From Rotaria socialis (Eukaryota): a stretch of 20,000 nt of DNA. Below the pieces are notes generated by a model that saw nothing but the letters and a program-made list of their open reading frames with translations, made no database searches and was not told the origin of the DNA. Positions 1 through 10,444 of the stretch are shown piece after piece. Made by a program: the position numbers and the translations under genes. Positions within the stretch are counted from its first letter, which is position 1; each line of letters opens with the position of its first letter. The stretch spans positions 175,198 to 195,197 of the forward strand of contig CAJNYD010000017.1 in the NCBI GenBank assembly GCA_905331295.1, in the 5' to 3' direction.

Positions 1-528
1 TCTTTTCAAAAACAAGCATTATATTTTTCGGATTGTTTAAGAATTATTTTCATCTTCTATTCGATTGTTATGAATCAACAACATCAAATCGAACATGATT
101 AAATCAAATCGGTAAAAATCTTCTTCATATTTTACAATTAGTTAATAACGAACAAACAAAAACGAATACATTCAATCGATTACAACAATCTCATACGACA
201 TTAAATGAACAGATTGAAAATGAAACGTTTTCTCAAGTAGATTCATCATTCGTATGTTATATTTCATATTTCTTTTAATTTAATCTCTCATTAAACTTTT
301 TATTTTATAATTAGTCTTTTCTTAAAATTAATCGTTCATCTTGATCCAACATCATATTTTATTCATCCGATAGCAGCAACGCCATCAAGAACATTGTTTA
401 TTCAAGCATTCAATCATTCATGTGTTTTTGTTGAAATATGTTTTTCCAACATTCCTCTTTATTCTTGTGATAGACTTGTCTCAAATTACTTTGTTCATGT
501 CGGCAAGCATTATTTTCTATTTAACTAG
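1..528 (+). pseudogene. Decayed coding exons of an unknown gene (5' part outside the window)
   Basis: Protein-like frames SFQKQALYFSDCLRIIF / LLFDCYESTTSNRT*LNQIGKNLLHILQLV...QVDSSF need a frameshift near 50 and contain an in-frame TGA. A donor-like gtatgt lies at 252 and an acceptor ttag at 311-314. The next segment reads LFLKLIVHLDPTSYFIHPIAATPSRTLFIQAFNHSC and has a paralogous copy on the minus strand at about 845-995. Confidence 0.4.
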
Positions 529-972
529 TAAAACAAGAAACATGATTTTTGTCATTGTAAATTTTGTTATTGAAATAAATTTTCGTTCCATAATGGATAT
601 TAAAAAAAAGTCGTCTCCATGCATTGCGTATCCCATGAAAATGAAAACATCTCGATATGTAATACTCTATTCATCGAAACAGATTGATAATAATGAATTT
701 CTTGTCATAAATAAAGACATTAATTTGTAAGTAACAGAAGAAACATCATTCATTACTTACTGACTAGCTCATCGTACTAGAAGAAAACCATTCCATTGAA
801 ATGAAAGATTTAGAACAGTTTTTGAGAATTTCCATCAATACGCTATGATAAGGAGAAAATTGTTGGAAGTCGGCGTAACTCTATAAGGCATGAATGATTG
901 AATGCTTGAATAAACAATGTTATTGATGGCGTTGTTATCGGACGAATAAAATCCAATGTTGGATAAAGATGA
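336..972. repeat. Imperfect inverted repeat, arms 336-422 and 889-972, with weaker extension to about 465/845
   Basis: 336-422 (tcatcttgatccaacatcatattttattcatccgatagcagcaacgccatcaagaacattgtttattcaagcattcaatcattcatg) matches the reverse complement of 889-972 (tcatctttatccaacattggattttattcgtccgataacaacgccatcaataacattgtttattcaagcattcaatcattcatg) with a few substitutions and one 3-nt indel. Confidence 0.9.
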
Positions 973-1221
973 TGAAGTAATTTAAAACACGGAATCTAAT
1001 CAGCTCGCATATACGACAAAAGATACAATGTTCAGTAGTAGATTTCGATTTCCAACTGCTTTATTCATCGATACAATATTAATATTCATTCATAATGCAA
1101 CACAAGTTCATACCGTTATTTCAGTAGTTGTTTTTGACAATAACTCAGCTTTCAATGCACATATTTTACTTTGTACTTGACACACAACACATTTTTATTC
1201 AGAGAAAATAACAGAACAAAA

Positions 1222-3134
1222 TTAAAGCGACAACGAAGGAAAATAGTCATAAACATCTTTCGGATAGACCATGGATTGTTCAGCAATTAATTGTTTTATT
1301 TTAGCACAATTCCGTCGTGTTTCACCTCTTGTAAAGTTGTTTGTCACTATTTTCAAATTAACATATTTAACTTTTAATTCAGTTAAACGAGGTAGATGGG
1401 TTTTTGTATCATTGAGAAAATGTTCAATATAATGAATGTGTGCACCAGTGATGTTAAGTGAAACAAGATACGGGTATTTAACAATTGAGCGCCAGTCGTT
1501 TTCATAAAGATGACGCTCGCGAGATCTCCAAAAAGGTGGTTGAATATTCTTAATACTTAAATCTTTAAGAAATGGAAAAGCTTGAGTAAGTCGAATGAAA
1601 AATTCATATTTGAATGCGTCTTGATCCCATAACATCAAATGAGTAACAGAAGTAAATACAATGTTTGGAATATTATTTCCGATCTCTTCGAGACGATGAA
1701 ATTTAACTGGGAGTGAAAAAACTCGACAAATCGTTTCCCAATCGTCGAAGTAATCCACCATACAAGCCACTTGTCGATATTGTATATTTGTAAAAGTGCT
1801 TAGAATATCTAAGTTAGATATACGTACATCTGGATCAACAGGGCCATGCTTAGAAGCGATATAAAATGTGAATGTATGAAGTCGTGGCATATGAATAAGA
1901 ATTTCATTATCAAGATGAGTGCCAGCGATGAACGTGGAACCAGCCGATATATATATATATATATATAAATTTAATTCTTTGAGATGCGACATTCGACGAA
2001 GAAGAGGTAAAACCACACTGTCATAATCTTCAGTACTCTTATAACATGTTAATGAGAAACATTCTAAATTAGGTAGAGGATCCTGAAAAATTCAAAAAGC
2101 AAATATTAATAAATTCAGTTTGTATTAGTTGCGCTCAGAAATAAATTATTACGTATTATACATTTACCGAAATTCTACTTTTAAATTTTAATAATGCAGA
2201 AATCTCATTGTATCTTGCAGTTTTATTTAACTTTGTTTTATCTTCGATATTAAACATTACTAGTTAAAACAGCATAACAACACGAAACATAAACTCACCA
2301 TGTTGTACGATGTTGAAGTTTTATAGATATAATTAACCTGAAGGATGAGTGAAGTTAATTGTTTGAGACGACCATCAAGTAAAGCAAGACAATCATCAAA
2401 ATTATTTGTATTAATACATAATTCAGTAAGAATCGAAGAGGAAAAAGTCATTGGTGGTAAACAGTATAACGATAAAGGTGGATAATCGTTGACAGATGAT
2501 GGCAGAATACTCAAATGGTTTAGATTTTTAAAGAAATCCAAGATCGTTACATAAACATTGTTCGTATCCTTTGTGAGTACTTGTTCAATATAGTTTTCAT
2601 TACTGATAAGAATAAGATCCGTAATTTGTTGTTGATCAATATGTTGAAAGAGAGAATTATCTAAATGACATTCATATATAATTTAATCTGAACAGCTAAA
2701 TATCTTTTTTATGCTAATCTTTTAAGTTCATTAGACATGAATATCTCACCCGTGAAATAGCGTGGAACGATTTCTCTGTTGAAATTGAAAATTTTAAGTT
2801 CAGTGAGATTAGGATAGATGCCAGCGCCAAGAATACATTCAATGGAAGCAGATTCAACACTGAGTGATTTGACATTTTGTTGAATTCTTGGTAAGACATC
2901 AATACGAAATCGATTTAGCATGGAGTCAGAAATTGAACAAATCTCATCGGCTGATTGAGATATGGAAACGAAATTAAGGATGTTACTGAAGATTTGCTCT
3001 TGTGCTATAATATCAAGTCGTTGATTGTTGATACCAAATAAAGAATAAAGAACATCAATATTGTCGAGTTTCTTTAAAATGAGAAATAATATTTCATTTG
3101 GAAGATCAAGAAGATGAACAATACGTTGACTCAT
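1222..3134 (-). CDS. F-box domain protein with degenerate LRR-like repeats; exons 3134-2750, 2660-2299, 2082-1222; about 535 aa
   Basis: The N-terminus carries an F-box motif (LLDLPNEILFLILKKLDNIDVLYSL) followed by LxxLxL repeats (LTELKI, LNHLSI, LTELCI, LKELNL, LKDLSI, LTELKV). Two GT-AG introns (gtgaga...tttag, phase 1; gtgagt...ttcag, phase 0) join the three ORF-track pieces into one stop-free frame of 1608 nt. Confidence 0.9.
1947..1966. repeat. (AT)10 microsatellite inside F-box exon 3, encoding YIYIYI
   Basis: The sequence reads gatatatatatatatatatataaat; the frame stays open. Confidence 0.9.
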
Positions 3135-3639
3135 CTTTAAATGTGATCATGTCGTTCTCATCAAGACAACATACATATATATAGTTATCTATTGAGTCTT
3201 TGTTCATATAGATCTGAAACAGACTAGACGAATTGGACGTGAATTAACGAATATGATTGGTGTGTCGCTGTGCTAGAAAAGTATCGAAAAGAAAAAATTG
3301 CAGCTGGGAGTGTTCATTTTACGCCTCGCTATTTTGGTATTTATCTATGAGCATTTTCTGTCAACGAAATCAAACGAGTAAATTATTTGCATAAATGTAG
3401 TTTCTTTTATATGTAGATCAATTATCGTAAAGTTCTTTGTAAAGAATTGAGACCACATCGAATAAAATTTATTTAATGATTAAAAATTTGTGACTACAGC
3501 TTGATTGCGGACATTTTTTTCCTCCAATTAAGAAAAAAAAGTCCGCAATCAACAAGACGCGTAATAGAATTAATGGCTGTTCTTGAGACAAGAAAAATCA
3601 AATCATGCATCATGTTTGAAATGTCGAAAGTTAAAACAA

Positions 3640-5406
3640 ATGTGTTCGATGTAATATAAGAGGCTTTGTAGAGTACGATGATCGATAAGGATGAACAAAA
3701 GCAATTGAATCGAAATGGGAACGTAGAGTACAAGGAGCAATAACATCGTCGATAGTTCCTTTCGGTATTTTATCGTCATCATTGGGTTGTCTTAATTCTT
3801 TGGCAACCAAAACAACGATCTTCTTCTGGGGTTACTCTCGGTTCGTCCCCTCCGCACTAATTGACTCTCAATTCGTCCCCCCAATTCTTTGAATATGACA
3901 AATCAACATGAATTTTAGATTTTAGAATAAATGGTAATAGTATAATTTTTTTTGTTTTTTGCTTTTAAAGTATATAGTATTGAAATAAATAAGAGGTATA
4001 TAGCTTTTTTTATTATTTTATTTTAATTTTTCATATAATTCTTGTATTTTTAATCTAAAATTCATGTTGATTTGTCATATTCAAAGAATTGGGGGGACGA
4101 ATTGAGTTAATTGGTAATGGGGACCAACCGAGAGGATCCCATTGATATTCTATGCTGTATGCCATGCGGGCAGATTTGTTTTTTCAGATAACATGCAAGC
4201 GGATAGACTAATAGTGATAAATAATGTGAATCAAAACTTTCAAACAATGGATACCATTTTATTTAAAGAAGGTTGAGATGATGATCGAGCATATAGAACT
4301 GATTCAAAACAAGCTGATCAAAAATGATCAATTGATTATTAAAAAGAGTTATTCACAAGTTATTGCAATAATTCAGAATATCTTTGTTTGTTTTCTCACA
4401 TTTGCATGAAAAGGAAACGTTAACTTTTTTTTCTTCCTCTTAGTCCTGGTCATCTCGCTCTCAATGTTATAAATCATCGGCTTTATCATTTCTTTGGAAA
4501 GCGTTGATAAAAAATCTAGCAAACCATTTTTGAGAGAGATCAAAACTATGCCTAAATCTAAAACGAAATTATATTTTACTTCTAATAGGTTTTTCTTCCC
4601 ACCCTCTTTTATACAATCGATTATATACGTCCAATTACAAACGACTAAATGTATGCGAGATGTTGGTACAGATTATAACGAGACTAACACCCACAAACAC
4701 ATTAGAATGCTTATCAACATGATCAGTAAACTAGTAGTGGCTTCTTAAACACATATTTTAATACCACTGGTTGGTATTAAGCTAATAGCTTTTGTGATTA
4801 GCTACATAATATTTTCTTATTAAGAAAAATCTCAGCTATAAATAATTTTGTTATTTTTATTCTAAAAAATAATTACTGAAAATTTCAATAGTGAGAATAG
4901 CCTATCGATGTTTTAATATGAGTGTGAATACTTGAACTTTACTTTGTCCAATGATGAAGTTACCTAGAATAAAAACGTATTCATCGTTGCCAACTTTGCG
5001 CGTGCTCTATTTTTAAATATAATTTTTTTCTTCTTCTTTTCTTCCAATCAAATGTCCTATGCCATTTGCAAGAATCCATATTTTGTCTTTCACATGGCTG
5101 GATCATTTATAGACATTTTCAATGTCAATTTTTTCTTGTTTTATTTCTATAAATTCTCTATTTTCTTATCAATCGAGATGTTGAATTCAACGTCAACTGC
5201 ACTTGTCATTTAACATTCAAACAAAAGACCAAGGACATCGAACCTCAAATATTATCCGACGTACTTGCGGATACTTCACCAGAAGATTATGATAGTTATT
5301 ATGACAAGCTGAGAGTACGTAAAACAGGATTTGTTATTTTTATTCATATTATTTTTCTTTCAAATCTTTCTAGAAAGACAAATACTGTTATCAATTAGTT
5401 GAATAA
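3640..5406 (+). pseudogene. Putative decayed multi-exon gene (membrane-protein-like), interrupted by the MITE
   Basis: There are exon-like segments with internal stops: KCVRCNIRGFVEYDDR*G*TKAIESKWERRVQGAITSSIVPFGILSSSLGCLNSLATKTTIFF[MITE]LIFYA, then after ttttcag at 4187 NMQADRLIVINN...KEG*DDDRAYRTDSKQADQK*SIDY*KELFTSYCNNSEYL. Two clean terminal exons follow, 5178-5314 (VEFNVNCTCHLTFKQKTKDIEPQ...YYDKLR|gtacgt) and 5374-5406 (KDKYCYQLVE*). That all pieces belong to one gene is inference. Confidence 0.3.
3829..4140. mobile_element. MITE-like non-autonomous DNA transposon (about 312 bp) with long terminal inverted repeats
   Basis: A perfect 55-bp inverted repeat lies at 3867-3921 / 4052-4106. 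Imperfect outer arms are gggttactctcggttcgtcccc (3829-3850) and ggggaccaaccgagaggatccc (4119-4140). The core is AT-rich and noncoding. No target-site duplication is visible. Confidence 0.85.
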
Positions 5407-5862
5407 TTGTATATTGAAAATTCCTATGTTCGACTTGAAATGTCAATGAAAAAGATACTCTTCAAAATATTTCTATTCATTTTGAATTGATATAAGATAA
5501 CGGTGCTCGATCACGCGTATAAAGCATAGACAGTAAATTGAATAAACGTAAGATAGTTAAAATAATTTTATTTCCTTGATTAAAATAACTGAATTTATCA
5601 CATTCGAAAATTTATAAAATTCGATGTGCACGACTTCAATCAAAATAACTAATTGCTATTTAAAAAAAAATAACAACTGCTTGAATTCGTTCGTTTATAC
5701 GTGTTTTGCATAGTTTGTAGGCATACAGCTATTCAAAAAAAAACGTCATAAACATATCCTTGCTTTATGCAAAAAATATACTTGACCATGAACGTGTCCT
5801 TAAGAAATAAATTTTGTTGTTTTTTTTTCTGTCTATTTATGTTCGCATCGATATTTCTTTAG

Positions 5863-7276
5863 ATGAATGTATTTTCTGGCTATTCGTCAAATATATTAAC
5901 AATTAAAAATTTTCCATTAATATTCAATGATAACGATCGACGAGAATTTTTAGAACATTTCGGTGTTGTTCGTGTATGTTGTTTAACTCGATTTAAAAAC
6001 ATATCAAATATTATTGTTGCTGATTTTGGTTCAAGTTCACAAGCTTCGCAAGCGCTGAGACGTTTACATCAACTGGAAATACTTGCTCGTCGATTAGTTG
6101 TAGAAAATTGTCCATTAGAATTAGCTCAGTTAGCTTTCAATAGTGCTCCACAATCTTCGGATGATGACGAAGAGAGTGCTTCATTGCATGGTATTTCACC
6201 AGGTATAAATCAAATTCGTTATTCATTACCATCGGAAAGACTTACATACGCTTATCCACCTATTAATGATATAATTTTAATGAATATAAACAGTGCACTA
6301 TTATCAGTGCCATCGTTTTACACTCAGGTTCTTCATCTTATGAATAAAATGTCTCTCCCATGTCCAGTAGTGGCTGGTAAAATATTTTTAAAAAAATTAT
6401 TTTCCTAGCTAATAAATTGATTTAATAGATTCAACGCAACCTGAACGAATTTTATCAAAAATTAGTGTTGCATGTCAAACAGATGAAATGACTAAGATCG
6501 AAGTAATCAATATGGATACAGATGAAGATGAAAGTGAAATTGATGATGGCGAAGAAGAACAACGCGTCAAACGACACCATCGATACATTTTACGAACACC
6601 AATTCATCAAGGAACTGTTCCAACAATACGAACAAACCTGAATGTTAATACTGAGAAAATCAAAAAGGCACCAATCCAACTAAAATTACCTCCAATGTTA
6701 AATTCATCTCGAGTATGTTATTTTACATAGGAAATTCTTCATAGAATTCTAAATAAAAAAAAATCTCTAATTTAGATAGAAGTTAATAATTCAATACCAA
6801 TGGATATTCCTATGCAAGGCTTTGGTCGATTAGAAGCCATTCAATCAACCATTACAAATATTAGTATTGTAAATCCAGATAAAAATCAACTTCAACCTCT
6901 CCGATTAATTCCACTTGAAGAAATACGAAAGCATCGTTTGAGTGAAAATCAATTGCGTCTAATTGATAATGGTCGTTTATATAGAAATTATGAACGTGGT
7001 CAAACATCACAACGTCTCTATATAAAAAATCTTGAAGTCAAACATGTTGATGAACGTCTATTACATGCAATATATGATCGATATAAACAGGATTCTTCTG
7101 AAATTGAGATAATTCTTATGCGTGAAGGTAAAATGAAAGGTCAAGCATTTGTAACATTTCCTAATGAAGCTATGGCTTTACAAGCATTGAATGATACAAA
7201 TGGTTTTATTTTACATGAAAAACCAATGATTGTACAATTTGCTCGAACAGCAAAACCAAAAGATATTGTCGTCTAG
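5863..7276 (+). CDS. RNPC3: U11/U12 snRNP 65 kDa protein (RNPC3/RBM40), minor spliceosome component; exons 5863-6376, 6429-6712, 6776-7276; about 432 aa
   Basis: It has an N-terminal RRM (ALRRLHQLEILARRLVVE), the diagnostic block YAYPPINDIILMNINSALLSVPSFYTQVLHLMNKMSLPCP, and an acidic DTDEDESE patch. The C-terminal RRM reads YERGQTSQRLYIKNL...LMREGKMKGQAFVTFPNE...NGFILHEKPMIVQFAR. Two GT-AG introns (52 and 63 nt) restore one frame. Confidence 0.93.
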
Positions 7277-7412
7277 GAAAATATGTGCCTTTTTTTGTTG
7301 TGAAGTTTTTTTTAAATATTAGGTCAGAAAATTTTGAAAATGTTTTTTTTATTGTTATTATCGTTGTGTTCTTTTATTTTAACGAATATTAAACGTATTT
7401 TGCAGACAAAAT

Positions 7413-7931
7413 ATGATACGTTCTAGTTGGATAAATGGTTTGCTTGGTGGTCTTCTAATATCATCATGTTGTGTAATTCAATTATTTCTAAATCTATTTG
7501 GTATTGGTTGTGCTGGACTGAATACTCTATTATTCCCTTATCGACCATTGTTTATTTCATTGACAGTTATTTCGTTAACTTATTCTTTTTTTCATTATCG
7601 TCCGTCGAAATTACATTTCACTATTGTAATTATCTTTACATTGATTCTTTCATTTTCACCTGAACTCCTTCAAATGTATAATAATCAATTTGCAAGAAAT
7701 GATTTTGCCGATAATGAAATCTTTATTACACATTGGAAAATAATAGGAATGCATTGTGAAGCTTGTCGTGCAGCTGTTATACAATCATTAAGAAAACTTC
7801 ACGGAATTCTCAGTGTTAACGTTGATCTTGAAACTGGTCATGCTGAATTAACCGCAAGTCATTTTATACAGACAGACACTGTTATTCAAGCTGTACAATC
7901 AGCTGGTTTTCAAGCTAATAAACTTGTTTGA
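7413..7931 (+). CDS. MerT-like membrane metal transporter fused to a C-terminal heavy-metal-associated (HMA, MerP/CopZ-like) domain; intronless, 172 aa
   Basis: TM1 has vicinal cysteines (LLISSCCVIQLFLNLFGIG) and is followed by the MerT-type PYRPLFI motif; about 3 hydrophobic helices in total. The HMA domain follows with IIGMHCEAC...LRKLHGILSVNVDLETGHAEL...IQAVQSAGF. Confidence 0.85.
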   Translation: MIRSSWINGLLGGLLISSCCVIQLFLNLFGIGCAGLNTLLFPYRPLFISLTVISLTYSFFHYRPSKLHFTIVIIFTLILSFSPELLQMYNNQFARNDFADNEIFITHWKIIGMHCEACRAAVIQSLRKLHGILSVNVDLETGHAELTASHFIQTDTVIQAVQSAGFQANKLV

Positions 7932-9988
7932 AGCCATAAGAAAAGTATATTATGTGTAAAAACAAAACAAAAAAACATTCTATTAGAAATAAAATGAGGG
8001 ATTTTCGTGCAATAAGTAAATACATGATAATGTGGCAAGCATTTCAATTTATATGTTTTATATATCAACATATGAAATATATATTAGTTGTGATAAGAAC
8101 TACTCTGATGAATGTATAATATCCTGAATGTGTAGTTTTATTATATAAGAGAATTTTCGGGACTTCCATTCATAAAGAAAGGATGTAGAAAAGAGAAAAA
8201 AAACTCTTCAGTATAGATGCACAGACCTTTATCTTAAGTGATTTCTTTTAGTAAGCAACCAAATAAAGAAGTCTAGCGATAATAATATTATCAAAATTCG
8301 CCATTGCAAACACGACAATTTCGCTTGTGAATAATAATCATATAGAAAAACTATAGAACAGTAAGTAAAATCATTCGAACGTAATGCACAAGATGAATAC
8401 GGCTTTCTATACAAATAGTAACATACTCCAAGGCGAGAGATAAAATATAGTAGATATATATATGCTACATGGTAATCAGCACACTGACAACTAGTGACCT
8501 CTTTCATTGGCACAGAACGAACCCCGCAGTCAATAGTTATTCGTCAAAAATTGAATTGTATATTTTGGATACCGTATAAGTATTGTGTCAATCTACAGCG
8601 TATGATTAATATGTATGTGTGCAGCCCACGCCTACCAATTCACCTTTTGTTTTTTCATGCGTGCAATCACTGGCAATGAAAACACTCTATTTTTCTCTCG
8701 TAAGTGTCGATCTTTGTTAAGATAATTTGTAAAAAGTAAAATACTACTCGATTGGAAACTAGTGACACGTGTGGTTAGGTATGATTGCATTGTAGAATCT
8801 ATTACATTTGAGAAAATTGACTTTCGTTTTTTTACTACGACAGCTGTTGCTTTCAATAAAAAAATTTATTTCTTGATTGATTTGTCTTGTGCTTTTGATG
8901 TTAGTCAGATGCTTGCTAATATGTTTCAGATTATGTTATACTTGTTATTTTCTTCCCTTCTGTTATTTTGAAGTATTTCAATATATATTACTGATTGGGT
9001 GATATCGACGTACCGCTCTGCGACTATTGGCTTTATTCTATCTATTCTCAGCGATGACATAAGCTGTTCCACGCTGAGTCTTATTTTTACAAAAAATGAC
9101 AAAAATACACCTGGTATCAGCACATTTTATGTCACCACTTCTGTTGTTGCTTATACTCAGCAGCCATCTTATTCTTAACAAGCAATCCACATGTCTGGCT
9201 CTTCGTTTTACGGATGGTAAGCAGACAGATTTATTTATATTTGACCTTAATGTAAAACTCTTTTTCTTCAATATTTGTTTTTCTATAATACATTCGCGAT
9301 AATGACGAGATTTATCACATTCGTTTTTTTTCTCTCATTCAGTTACCCGTTTGGTTATTTACTCTTTCAAAAGAATCATAAAATAAGTATGATACTATTC
9401 ATCAACATTACTCTAACTTTAGAGAATGGAATGACTTGCCATTAACGATCGGAATATGTCCTCTTTCAGTGAGAAATTATTTGCTTGTTTGCTGCCCGTC
9501 CCCCGTCCCCCCTATTCAAAGTTGCAAATGCCAAAAATCATTCAAAGAAAAAGAAAAAGAAAAGCGAATAGAAGGTGCGAGGAAAAAATCATAGAAACAG
9601 CGTTAATAGAACTTGTCAACACGTTCTCTGATAAAATCGTAATCGAGTAGGTGGTTGGAAGCTATGAATAATTTGAGTGGCAAAAAAAATGGCATGCACA
9701 CATGCAAAACTGACTTCAATGATTGACATATCCTTCAATTCTTCTCGATTAGATTCCATACAGACATGTACGGAAGAAGAAAGCAAGAAAAAGTAATGCT
9801 GCGTTGTATAAATCAATAGATAAATATACGGATTAAAAGCTAAAACAACACTGCATAAGGCGCAATGCTTGAAGCCAAATACTCTTGGATCATCACATTT
9901 AATTCAATTTATTCCTTTTTTCTGTTGTCCGATGATGTCATCGTTGATCAAAGAATAAATCGAATCTCTTCGTTGTTCTCTATGGTAG

Positions 9989-10010
9989 CATCATCATCAT
10001 CATCATCATC
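9989..10010. repeat. (CAT)7 microsatellite, intergenic
   Basis: The sequence reads catcatcatcatcatcatcatc. Confidence 0.9.
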
Positions 10011-10444
10011 GTTCGATGAATAGTATCCTCTTAAAATGAGAGTTAGGAAATCAAGCAGCGTTTTCTTTTTGCTTTCTATGAATGACTAAAGTATCTTCTA
10101 TTTTTTTCTTCTTTGCTTGTTTTCTTTTCTCTGCGTTGAATAGAAATGCATGGGCAATTTTTTTCTTCGTCTGTGAACGTTCTCTACGCTTTTCAATACA
10201 AAAAACAGAGAATGAAAAAGCTATGAGAAGGAAAAAACAGCATTTCTTATTCGAATAGAGTTCGAACAAAACAAGAACTCTATAACACTACCGACACACA
10301 TTTATTCACACACTGGTAATGACGATCGGGTGTTCTGTATGCGTGTGAATCGCGGCACACAGGCACGCAACGTTTATGGTCAGAGCAATAACTACTGTAA
10401 ATCGAAACATTTGTATGAAAATACAAAAATCAAAATAAGAGAAA

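Noticed and set aside
422..730. 102-aa ORF from the track
   Set aside because: It has a GTG start and no recognisable motif, and it overlaps the decayed pseudogene and inverted-repeat region.
3494..3828. Minus-strand frames (MYSTFPF... and QKKIVVLVAKELRQPNDDDKIPKG...)
   Set aside because: There is no ATG or splice support. They are probably antisense shadows of the plus-strand pseudo-exon.
96..4330. Several in-frame TGA codons in pseudo-exons suggesting TGA=Trp or Sec recoding
   Set aside because: Intact genes use TGG for Trp and TGA as stop (7929-7931). The same segments also contain TAA stops and frameshifts, so ordinary decay explains them.
7413..7931. Bacterial contamination or a true mer operon
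   Set aside because: No merR, merA or ribosome-binding site is visible, the flanking genes are intron-containing metazoan genes, and base composition matches the host.
8229..10269. Cluster of short overlapping ORFs on both strands
   Set aside because: They are low-complexity (F/L/I/K-rich), several have non-ATG starts, and I found no consistent exon chain. Best read as NPDC1 upstream intergenic DNA.
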